64,000 nt of DNA, from the NCBI GenBank assembly GCA_951406725.2, contig OX597833.1, positions 45,260,001 to 45,324,000 of the forward strand, read 5' to 3'. This DNA comes from Octopus vulgaris. Taxonomy: Eukaryota. This document shows, piece after piece, positions 24,529 to 35,770 of this stretch (positions are counted from its first letter, which is position 1; every line of letters begins with the position of its first letter). The notes beneath the pieces are model-generated. The model made no database searches, was not told the DNA's origin, and worked only from the letters and a program-made list of their open reading frames with translations. The translations under genes were made by a program, and so were the position numbers.

Positions 24529-27500
24529 GTGAGTATATAAGTTCTTAACATTAACATCTAACACATTTACTTCCTTACACTGTGGGGTAACCCTCCACAA
24601 TGTAATTTCTAGAAATAGCAGCTAAATTTTCCTCTAAGTAAATCATAGGCGCAGGAGTGGCTGTGTGGTAAGTAGCTTGTTTACCAACCACATGGTTCCG
24701 GGTTCAGTCCCACTGTGTGGCACCTTGGGCAAGTGTCTTCTACTATGGCCTCGGGCCGACCAAAGCCTTGTGAGTGGATTTGGTAGACGGAAACTGAAAA
24801 GAAGCCCATCGTATATATATATATGTGTGTGTATGTGTGTGTGTTTGTCCCCCTAGCATTGCTTGACAACCGATGCTGGTGTGTTTATGTCCCCGTTACT
24901 TAGCGGTTCGGCAAAAGAGACCGATAGAATAAGTACTGGGCTTACAAAAAGAATAAGTCCCGGGGTCAAGTTGCTCGATTAAAGGCGGTGCTCCAGCATG
25001 GCCGCAGTCAAATGACTGAAACAAGTAAAAAGAGTAAAAGAGTATTTAAAAAATAATGTGGTCCAAGATACACAATGTTTAAAAAAGGTCATAGATAGAA
25101 ATTCTTTATTATAGGTCTGCTCCTTCATGGTTAATCATAGGCTAAAAACAGCGACCATAACTTCCTTTCATATCACTGTGTGACATGATTTTTGTCCTTG
25201 GGTAGCAACTGTTATTTCCTATTTCCTTACCCCTAGAAAATATGAAAAATGGCTAATATTTCCTTCAAACTTTGCCAAAGACTCCCTTTCAACACGTGGC
25301 TATGATGTTCTCCTACTATTCCTGCTCGTCATCAGAGATGTACAAAACGCCAGCCACTAAGGGACATACTCAAGTGGTTAAGGTCAAGCAACCAACATGC
25401 AAATCTGTGGTATTGAGCAGAATATTTGTTGTAACGATATTTCTGCTTCAGCTCCTCAGCACTGAATCTGTCTGAAATGTAATGGGAAACAGATCAGTTT
25501 CAAAGCATTGATGGCCACGCCACAAAAGCAAAGTTTGAAGGGAAAAGCAGTCATTTCCTTTGATTTCTAGATAGAAGCAAATAGGAAATAACACTTACAA
25601 ACCAAAGACGAAAAAAAGAAAAAAATTGTTATGAGTGGCATAGGCGCACAAGTGGCTGCTTACCAACCACATGGTTCCTGGTTCAGTCCCACTGCGTGGC
25701 ATCTTGGGCAAGTGTCTTCTGCTATAGCCCCGGGCTGACCAATGCCTTGTGAGTGGATTTGGTAGACGGAAACTGAAAGAAGCCTGTCGTATATATATAT
25801 ATATGTATGTGTGTGTATGTGTTTGTGTGTCTGTGTTTGTTCCCCTAGCATTGCTTGACAACCGATGCTGGTGTGTTTACGTCCCCGTCACTTAGCAAAA
25901 GAGACCGATAGAATAAGTACTGGGCTTACAAAGAATAAGTCCCGGGGTCGATTTGCTCGACTAAAAAGGCGGTGCTCCAGCATGGCCACAGTCAAACGAC
26001 TGAAACAAGTAAAAGAGAGTAAAAGAGAGTGTAATCAACAAAACATCAGTGGAGTTAAGCTGCTATATCACTGAAAATATGGCTTTAAATTCAATTTATA
26101 CGACAGCTGTTAATGACTGCTTTTCCCTTCAAACTTTGCTTTTGTGGCATGGCCATCAATGCTTTGAAACTGATCTGTTTTCCATTACACTTCAGACAGA
26201 TTCAGTGCTGAGGAGCTGAAGCAGAAATATTATGCTTCTAGGGATCATACGTCTCTCTACAGTCCTCAGCCTGCTTCTCTGGCTGAATCTGTAAATTAGA
26301 GCGGCCAAAGCCGTTTGTTATCACGCCATTTTGTTTCAACAGTCATTTCGAGTTGCGTCCCTTAGGTCTGGTGAAATGAACTGAATGAAATGTTAACTCG
26401 AAATTACCCATGATCAATTGGACTGTTGCTTGCTTTGAGTTCCCTTGGCCTTAAACAGAGAAGATACATAAATAAGTCTCTGCTCGGGATGGAACACTAG
26501 TCTCTCATTGGTTATTCCTCCCACATCATGAGGTCCCCACTCCAACAGCTTGGTGAACTGATATAATATAGAATAAAATGTCCTGCCCAGGATGACAGTG
26601 ATACACCTGTGATGCATTTGAATTCCCACACTGTAATATTATAGACCTATGTCTGATCTGTGGAAGTGTGGCTTTGTGGTTAGGGTGTCGTACTCACGAT
26701 CATAAAATTGTGGTTTCAATTCCTGGATCAAGTGATGTACTCTCTCTTTTACTCTTTTACTTGTTTCAGTCATTTGACTGCGGCCATGCTGGAGCACCAC
26801 CTTTAGTCGAGCAAATCGACCCTGGGACTTATTCTCTGTAAGCCCAGTACTTATTCTATCGGTCTGTTTTGCTGAACCGCTAAGTAACGGGGATGTAAAC
26901 ACACCAGCATCGGTTGTCAAGCAATGCTAGCGGGACAAACACAAACACACACACACATATATATATATATACATATATACGACAGGCTTCTTTCAGTTTC
27001 CGTCTACCAAATCCACTCACAAGGCGTTGGTCGGCCCGGGTCTATAGCAGAAGACACTTGCCCAAGATGCCATGCAGTGGGACTGAACCCGGAACCATGT
27101 GCTGGTTAGCAAGCTACTTACCACACAGCCACTCCTGCGCCTGATGTGTTGTGTTCTTGAGCAAAACACTTCATTTCATTTTGCTCCAGTCCACTCAGCT
27201 GGCAAAAATGAGTAACCTTGTAACAGCTTGGTCTCCCGTCCAGCCCTTTTGAGCCTGGCATGGCTCAAAAAGGAAACATTTCTTCTTATATCTGATCCAC
27301 TTACTAATTTTGATCAAATAAATATCAATATCCTGGGATTAATTTGAGTAACAATAATCCCTCTGCTACATAAACTGGCTTTGTACCTATGTAAGAAATC
27401 TGTTTAATATGATTCAACAAATGAACCTTTATGTTGTCACTTATGCTGCTGAAAATAGCAGTCAATTCATCCTCAAATCACATTGTATGAGCTTAAAAAA

Positions 27501-27623
27501 TGGAAGACAGACTGGATAATATTGTTGTAGATACAAGACTATAATTGAAGAAACGAAGGAGTGGACATGGCTGGAGTGGCCTAATCGTATATCTGCTTTA
27601 TGAATTTGCTTTTTCTACTGTAG

Positions 27624-27768
27624 GAAGCCCAGGAAATACATTTCCAGCAACTAGCAGCAAACATCGAGCTAGCACGAGAGGCAGCTATTAAAGAGAAAAA
27701 ACTAAAGAGACTGCAACATCTTGAGAAAAATGGACATGACACAAGGCAGCTGAAGAAGGATTTTGAGA
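27624..27768 (+). CDS. CCDC66: CCDC66-like exon 8: EAQEIHFQQ...RLQHLEKNGHDTRQLKKDFE
   Basis: ttctactgtag|GAA...GAGA|gttagt; GHDT motif characteristic of CCDC66. Confidence 0.88.
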
Positions 27769-29457
27769 GTTAGTATTGGAAGTTATACATGTATGCTTGT
27801 ACACACATGCACACACACAATCACACACACACATACACCCACACACATCGTCACAAGCACACACATGCACAAATACACACACACACACTCACATATTGAT
27901 TTAAATGCATATATCTATATATCTGTGTGTGTGAGTGTATATATATATATCATCATCATCATCATCGTCATTGTTTAATGTCCGTTTTCCGCACTAGCAT
28001 GGGTTGGACGGTTCGACCGGGGTCTGGGAGGCCAGGAGGCTGCACCAGGCTCCAGTCTGATCTGGCAGTGTTTCTACAGCTGGATGTCCTTCCTAATGCC
28101 AACCACTCCATGAGTGTAGTGGGTGCTTTTTACGTGCCACTGGCACAGGTGCCAGGGGAGTCTGGCAGCGGCAACGATCGGTTGGTGCTTTTAACGTGCC
28201 ACCGGCACGGAAGCCAGTCAGGGCGGCGCTGGCATTGGCCTCATTCGGATGGTGCTTTTTATGTGCCACCGGAACAGAAGCCAGTCAAGGCGGTGCTGGC
28301 ATCCGCAACGTTCGGATGGTGCTTTTTATGTGCCACCGGCACAGGTATCACAACTACTGGTGTTGCACTCATGATTGTGAGATTGTGGGTTCAGTACCCA
28401 GACCAGGTATTGCGTTGTGTTCTTGAGCAAAGCATTTCGTCTCACGTTGCTCTGCAATCATTTCAACATCTGACATGTGGCACCCATTGCACCTGTACAG
28501 GTAATGTCGATCTGCTGGGAGGGGGGCGGGAGTGAGCTTAAGTGTACACAAACATTTGATCACTATAAACAAATCATCCGTGTGGTTGTTTGGTAAGAAA
28601 TTGTCGAACCCTCGTGTTGTCTAATGACAGGAGAGTCCATCATATATATATATACACACACACACATATTAATTTTTTCCCTTTCTGATAGGAAGCACAT
28701 GCACTTACACATGCATATACACACATGATGATAACTTCTACCTACCAAATTCAGTTACAAGGCTTCAGTCTACCTGAGGCTATAGCAGAAAAGACTTGCC
28801 CAAGGTGCCATACATTGGGACTGAACACGAAACAATGTGGCTAGGAAGTGGTGGTGGTGGTGGTGGTGGTAGTAGTAGTAGTAGTAGTTTGCATGTTGAG
28901 CAAATTGCTTAGCGGCATTTCGTCTGTCTTTACATTCTGAGTTCAAATGCTGCTGAGGTCGACTTTGCCGTTCATCCTTTCGAGGTTGATAAATTAAGTA
29001 CCAGTGAAACACTGGGGTCGTTATAATCGACTAGTCCCCTTCCCCCAAATTTTCAGGGCCTTGTGCCTAGAGCAGAAATGATGATTATTTTTTATTATTG
29101 CTGTTATTATTATTATATGGAGGCACGTGGCTTAGTGGTTAGGGTGTCAGCATCATGATTGTAAGATTGTGGTTTCGATTCCTGGATCGGGCGATGCGTT
29201 GTGTTCTTGAGCAAAACACTTCATTTCACGTTGCTCCAGTCCACTCAGCTGATAAAAATGAGTAACGCTGCGATGGACTGGTGTCCCATCCAGCTGGGGG
29301 GGACATACGCCATAGAAACTGGGAAACCGGGCCCATGAGCCTGGTTAGGCTTTAAAAAGGGCGCATTTATTTTATTTTTTGTTATTATTATCATTAGTTG
29401 TATTTTTATTTATTCATTTTGCTTGTTTTTTTCTTTTTCTTTAATCTTTTCTTATAG

Positions 29458-29628
29458 GAAACTTCAACACTTCGTCATCCCACTCAAATTATGAGATAGA
29501 TCAGTTCGCATCAGGAACATCAATTTCGGAAGACAGGCACACACCTAAGAAATTACCAAAGTCAACTGCTGAGCAGTTTCCAGAATCACAATTTCAAAAA
29601 GGTTCTCTAAATGGTGTTTCTCAAACTG
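29458..29628 (+). CDS. CCDC66: CCDC66-like exon 9 (duplicate A): NFNTSSSHSNYE...SLNGVSQT
   Basis: cttttcttatag|GA...ACTG|gtaaga; 171 nt, phase 1-1, open. Confidence 0.75.
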
Positions 29629-29845
29629 GTAAGAAAGCATTTGTTTGTGTGTCTGCATGCACATGTACATATATATGTGTGTGTGTGTGCTGTAAGTGCA
29701 CTGTGTGTTGCTGAAAATTATATTCAGAACAATTATAATTGCTGTTAGACAACTAGAAAGCCAAACTAAATGTTTGGACAGATGTTTTGTGGTATTTGTT
29801 CTGATTCTTTTTCGTTCTGTGTTCAAAGTCTGCTCTTTGGTCTAC

Positions 29846-30331
29846 TTTCATCCCTCCATGGCCAATAAAATAAAGTACGAGTCAAGTATTGAGAGTCGAT
29901 TTCATCCCTCCATTGCCAATAAAATAAAGTACGAGTCAAGTATTGAGAGTCGATTTCATCCCTCCATGGCCAATAAAATAAAGTACGAGTCAAGTATTGA
30001 GAGTCGATTTCATCCCTCCATTGCCAATAAAATAAAGTACCAGTCAAGTATTGAGAGTCGATTTCATCCCTCCATGGTCAATAAAATAAAGTACCAGTCA
30101 AGTATTGAGAGTCGATTTCATCCTTCTATGGCCAATAAAATAAAGTATGAGTCAAATATTGAGAGTCGATTTCATCCCTCCATGGCCAATAAAATAAAGT
30201 ACCAGTCAAGTATTGAGAGTCGATTTCATCCCTCTATGGCCAATAAAATAAAGTATGAGTCAAATATTGAGAGTCGATTTCATCCCTCCATGGCCAATAA
30301 AATAAAGTACCAGTCAAGTATTGAGAGTCGA
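29846..30331 (+). repeat. Minisatellite: 9 x 54-bp units derived from the SINE B central domain
   Basis: Unit TTTCATCCCTCCATGGCCAATAAAATAAAGTAC(G/C)AGTCAAGTATTGAGAGTCGA with an exact 54-bp period. Confidence 0.95.
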
Positions 30332-30348
30332 TGGTATGATCTAACCAA

Positions 30349-30763
30349 GGTGGCGAGCTGGCAGAAACGTTAGCACGGCGGGTGAAATGCTTAGCGGTAT
30401 TTCGTCTGCCGTTACATTGTGAGTTCAAATTCCGCCGAGGTCGACTTTGCCTTTCGTCCTTTCGGGGTCGATAAATTAAGTACCAGTTACGCACTGGGGT
30501 CGATGTAATCGACTTAATACCCATGTCTGTCCTTGTTTGTTCCCTCTGTGTGTAGCCCCTTGTGGGTAATAAAGAAATAGGTATTTCGGCAGCCGTTACG
30601 TTCTGAGTTCAAATTCCGCCGAGGTCGACTTTGCCTTTCGTCCTTTCAGGGTTGATAAATTAAGTACCAGTTACGCACTGGGGTCGATGTAATCGACTTA
30701 ATACCTATGTCTGTCCTTGTTTGTCCCCTCTGTGTTTAGCCCCTTGTGGTAATAAAGAAATAT
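30349..30763 (+). mobile_element. SINE B dimer under a single 15-bp TSD
   Basis: GTATGATCTAACCAA at 30334-30348 and 30764-30778. Confidence 0.88.
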
Positions 30764-31579
30764 GTATGATCTAACCAACTTACTCAACAGAGCTGGCATT
30801 GCTCCTAAATTAGGAGCAAAAAATTACTTGCAAAAATCGTCAGCATGCTGGATGAAGTGCTTAGCGATATTTTAGCAGTTGTTATGTTCTGAGTTCAAAT
30901 TCCACCAAGGTTGACTTTGCCTTTCATCCTTTCAGGGTTGATAAATTAAGTACCAGTTGTTATCAACTTATCCCCCTTGCTGAACTTTGTTGGCCTCGTA
31001 CCAAAATTTGAGATCGCCGTTATTATGATCATTAGTATGATGGGCTCTAAAAGTGGCAAGTTGACAGAATCATTAACATGCTGGGCAATATGCCTAATGG
31101 TATATCATCCGTCTTTATATTCTGAGTTCAAATTCTGCTGAGGCGGACTTTGCCTTTTATCCTTTTGTGGTCAATAAAATAAACACCAGTTGGGCACTGG
31201 GGTGAATGTAATCAACTATCCCCCACCCCACAATTTCATGCCTTGTGCCTATAGTAGAAAGGATTATCATTTTTATTATTGCTATTAAGGTGTCAAGCTA
31301 GCAGAATTGTTAGCATAGCAGCCAAAATGCTTAGTGGCATTTCATCTGTCTTTAAGTTCTTGGTTCAAATGCTGCTGAGATCAACTTTGACTTTCAGGTC
31401 AATGAAGTAAGTACCAGTTGAAACACTGGGATCAATGAAATCATCTTACTCCATCTCCAAAATTGCTGGCCTTGTGCCAAAATTTGAAATCTTTATTGTT
31501 GTTGTTGTTGTTGTTGTTATTATTGAGTGAGAGAGCAGTGCATGCCATCAAAGTGATGCTGGGGTACAAATATACGTCT

Positions 31580-32170
31580 GCTCTCCTCATTGACACAACC
31601 TTCACATTTCCCTCTTCAAATTGTCATAGTTGCTTATTTTTTCTTCTTTTACATTGATCCTGTTTTCACCGGGGCATGCTATGTCAATTATCATGCATTT
31701 TCTTACTCTTTTATTCACCACAACAATGTCTGGTTTCTGATGTCTGGTCAGGTGATTGTACAGAATCATTGTATCCCACAGGATTTTGCAATTCTTATTC
31801 TTGGTGACTCCTTCAGAGGTTTACTCATACCTCATCTTTTCTCTTTGTAGGCCATGATTTCCACAGAGCTTCCAATAGATAATTCATGCCACATTGTCAT
31901 GTCATCTTTTGCATTCGTGTTGTGCCAATTTTGGGCATTCGCTAACGATGTGCCATACCATTTCACCCCTCTCACCAGACATTCTGCATTTGCCGCTGTC
32001 AGTAGTGTTGTTAATTCTGCACTTCACATAGTTAGTCCTTAACACTTGTTCTTGAGCTGCACATATGAGTGCTTCTGTCTCTATCTTCAGGTCACTCCTC
32101 CTCATCCATAGCCACCTGTCTTCTGTATCTGTCTTGGAATTTGTATCTCTTGCAAACTCTCCCTGCATTT
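31580..32170 (-). mobile_element. R4/Dong-clade LINE fragment (zinc-knuckle region plus restriction-like endonuclease), pseudogenised
   Basis: LKIETEALICAAQEQ...KCR...HIVSECPKLAQ...KPDIVVVNK...CMIIDIACP; stops present; (TAT)n adjacent. Confidence 0.8.
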
Positions 32171-32467
32171 TTTTCTATTATTATTATCATTATTATTATT
32201 TTTAAAGTGGTGAGCTGGTAAAATTATTAGCATGCCGGGCAAAATGCTTAGTGACATTTCGTCTGTTCTTACATTCTGAGTTCAAATTCAGCCAAGATTG
32301 TCTTTGCTTTTCGTCCATTTGGAATCAATAAAATAAGTAACACTCAAGCACTGGGTTTGATATAATCGACTAGCCCCTTCCATCTAAAATTTCAAGCCTT
32401 TTGCCTATAGTGGAAAGACATCATCATCATCATTATCATCATTATTATTATTAATCTTTACTTATAG

Positions 32468-32632
32468 GCAACTTCCTCATTTCATCACAATCAAATTACG
32501 ATTCAAATGAGTTGCTGTTAGGGACTATTTCGGAACATAAGCAGAGCCCCAAGATATTAATGAAAACAATTTCTGCGCAGCTTCCAGAAACACAATCTCA
32601 AAAGGTTTATCTGAACTGTGCTGTTCAAACAG
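32468..32632 (+). CDS. CCDC66: CCDC66-like exon 10 (duplicate B): NFLISSQSNYD...YLNCAVQT
   Basis: ctttacttatag|GC...ACAG|gtatgg; 165 nt, phase 1-1, open; paralogous to exon 9. Confidence 0.78.
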
Positions 32633-33030
32633 GTATGGTTTGATGTTACTTTACAAAGTCTTTTGAACCCAGTGTTATTGATTTCTTAAGTTGACATGAT
32701 AGTTTAGTAATTTGAGAAAATTTTGGCCTCAATTTTCAATTGTACTTTTGTAGTTTTACTTGCAACTTATGAAAATCACAGTCCTTTTTTTGAAAAATTA
32801 GTAAGGAAATTAGGAGTATTTTGATTACTTACTGGTCTTCCTGTGTGGTACAACCTCTTTAATGGTAGTGGCATGATAAAATGCATCTATTCCACATTGT
32901 AATACATGTGCAACAACAAAGTTAGTCACTGTTCTCTGCTGTCGTATTTGGTAGAGGATGCAGACCATAAGTGATGTGATGGTGTGAGATAGACCCTACA
33001 TATAATATTAATAATAAAGTTAATTATAAC

Positions 33031-33164
33031 CTCTGACGAGGCCTATGGTTCTTTTAACATATAAGTATTATATTTTTTTAAATGCCTACAACCCTAGTAT
33101 GTTGACATCTATAGGGAAAGAAAAATGAGATTCACTTTTGACCATAGGCTGAAACAGCTGTAAG
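33031..33164 (+). ncRNA. Type-I hammerhead ribozyme motif (intact core, GUA site)
   Basis: CU-CUGACGA-GGCCUAUGGU...ACCAUAGGCU-GAAAC-AGCU-GUA|AG; 10-bp stem II base, palindromic ACAGCUGU, weak stem I. Confidence 0.65.
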
Positions 33165-34010
33165 AAGTAATTTCTGGATTTCAATAATTTATAATATGAC
33201 TTTTAAAATCTGTATTTGTATTATTATCTTATCAATTGATTTTATGTAATATTTTGTATGCTTTGATGTTCTCATTTGTAAAATGAATAAATAATCTAAC
33301 ATTATAATATCCGAAAGTTGATGAACAAACTAAATTTGTTTCTCCATTTTCTTATTTGTATTATAAATTTATGGTAAAAATATTTCTTTACCTTCACCCG
33401 TTTAATACAATAAATACAATTAATACAATAAATTGCATTGCAATTAAAAACATTTATGTATTAAGAATTTGGGTACTTTACCAACAGTATATTGGATAAA
33501 TGATATCTCATAGTGGGTTACACCCATAACCCCTATCTTACATTGTATATATATATATATATAAATACAAAAATGAGACAACAAAACATCCAGATAGATG
33601 ATACAAAGAAAACAAGGGGACGGGTAATTCAGAGTTTTCTTTCCTCAGTCAAGTTCAAAATTATCTTTGCAATTTCAGCTGGATATATATATATATCATA
33701 GCCGAAGCCAGTGCCGCCTTGACTGGCTTCCATAAAATGCACCAATCCGACCGTGGCCGATGCCAGCCTCGCCTGGCACCAGTGCAGGTGGCACGTAAAA
33801 AGCACCCACTACACTCACGGAGTGGTTGGCGTTAGGAAGGGCGTCCAGCTGTAGAAACTTTGCCAGATAAGACCGGAGCCTGGTGCAGCCTTCTGGCTTC
33901 CCAGATCCCCGGTCGAACCGTCCAACCCATGCTAGTATGGAGAACGGACGTTAAACGATGATGATGATGATGATGATGATTTAATTATTTAATTTTCTGT
34001 GTATGATTAG

Positions 34011-34250
34011 ATGGCATTTATGGAGGAGACAAGAAGAGTTTGTATCACTTGATTAACGGAGAAAGTGGATACCTGTATGATGATGATGAAGATTATGATG
34101 ATGATGATGAGGTGTTTATTGCTACTGCTGCTGCTGATGTTGGTGAGATAAAGAAGTTTCCCTCTGAGGTAAAGCTTGATAATCACAATGAGATGACGAG
34201 AACAATCAAACTTACAAATAAAAGAAGGCAGGGACTCCAAAGTATCACTG
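34011..34250 (+). CDS. CCDC66: CCDC66-like exon 11: DGIYGGDKK...DDDEDYDDDDE...QGLQSIT
   Basis: gtatgattag|AT...ACTG|gtatgt; 240 nt, phase 1-1. Confidence 0.65.
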
Positions 34251-34507
34251 GTATGTCATTAGATTCTTTTCTTGTTTTTTTCTTATCTTTATTTTATTTT
34301 ATGTTATTTCATTTCCACTTTATTTTATTATATATTTATTCTATTTTCATTTGTTATTTTTATTTTTATTTCAATTTTATCTTTATTTTAGTTTTGCTCA
34401 TATATAAATTAATCTATATATCTAAAGATCTAAAGAAGCAAATTAGAATGGAACAAATACACATGCATATTGATGTAGAAACTATTGACTTACATATTTG
34501 TTCCATG

Positions 34508-34572
<65 letters not shown>

Positions 34573-34699
34573 AAATAGTGTACATTTAAACACAAAGAGA
34601 AATTACACATTAGGAGACAGTCAAAATGACCGAAAATCACAAAATATAAACAATTTCAAAGGGAACAAAAAAAATAAAACCTTTTGCCTTGTTTTTACG

Positions 34700-34768
34700 G
34701 TTATACCTATAGGTTTCAGATATTTTTAGTAAATAAAATAATTTACTAGGCAAATCCTCATCAGTAAC
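34700..34768 (-). ncRNA. Type-I hammerhead ribozyme motif (intact core, GUA site)
   Basis: Minus strand: GUUA-CUGAUGA-GGAU...UAGUAAAU/AUUUACUA...AUCU-GAAAC-CUAUAG-GUA|UAAC. Confidence 0.7.
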
Positions 34769-34892
34769 TGAATGAGACCAATAGCATGTGTCTCATCTTT
34801 AAGTGTTATTTTTTCAGAATCCACCACGCAAGCACAGTTTCAGTCGGCAGAAAATGAAAAATGCCGAAACGAACTTTGAAAAGCTATATGTA

Positions 34893-34975
<83 letters not shown>

Positions 34976-35187
34976 ATGTATGTATGTATGTATGCATGCA
35001 TCCCTGCATGCATGTAGGCGCAGGAGTGGCTGTGTGGTAAGTAGCTTGCTAACCAACCACATGGTTCCGGGTTCAGTCCCACTGCGTGGCATCTTGGGCA
35101 AGTGTCTTCTGCTATAGCCCCGGGCCGACCAATGCCTTGTGAGTGGATTTGGTAGACGGAAACTGAAAGAAGCCTGTCGTATATATG

Positions 35188-35243
<56 letters not shown>

Positions 35244-35429
35244 TCCCCCTAGCATTGCTTGACAACCGATGCTGGTGTGTTTACGTTCCCGTCACTTAGC
35301 GGTTCAGCAAAAGAGACCGATAGAATAAGTACTGGGCTTACAAAGAATAAGTCCCGGGGTCGATTTGCTCGACTAAAGGCGGTGCTCCAGCATGGCCGCA
35401 GTCAAATGACTGAAACAAGTAAAAGAGAA

Positions 35430-35770
35430 TATAGGGTAGTAAATTTTTACAAATTTCTCTATCAGTGGCCTAGCATGTATAAAAAGTCAATAGACGACAT
35501 ATTATTCAATATAAAATAGTGTACATCTAAGCAAAAAGAGAAATTACCTATAACAGGCAATTTCTACACGCTAGGAGATAGTCAAAGCGACGAAATCTTG
35601 TGGTTTTTGGTCATTTTGACTGTCCCCTAATGTGTAGAAATTACCTGTTGTTAGTAATTTCTCTTTGTGTTTAAATGTACACTATTTTATATTGAATAAT
35701 ATGTCGTCTATTGACTTTTTATATTTGCTAGGCCACTGGTAGTGAAATTTGTAAAAATTTACTAACCTAT
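35430..35770. repeat. About 340-bp foldback; the arm sequence also occurs at 34571-34640, adjoining the 34700 hammerhead
   Basis: 35430-35590 is the reverse complement of 35610-35770. Confidence 0.8.

Noticed and set aside
29846-30331. CRISPR array or a real 225-aa repeat protein (ORF 29696..30373)
   Set aside because: Units are contiguous with no unique spacers, there are no cas genes, and the context is a eukaryotic intron. The ORF arises from a 54-bp stop-free period and runs into a SINE.
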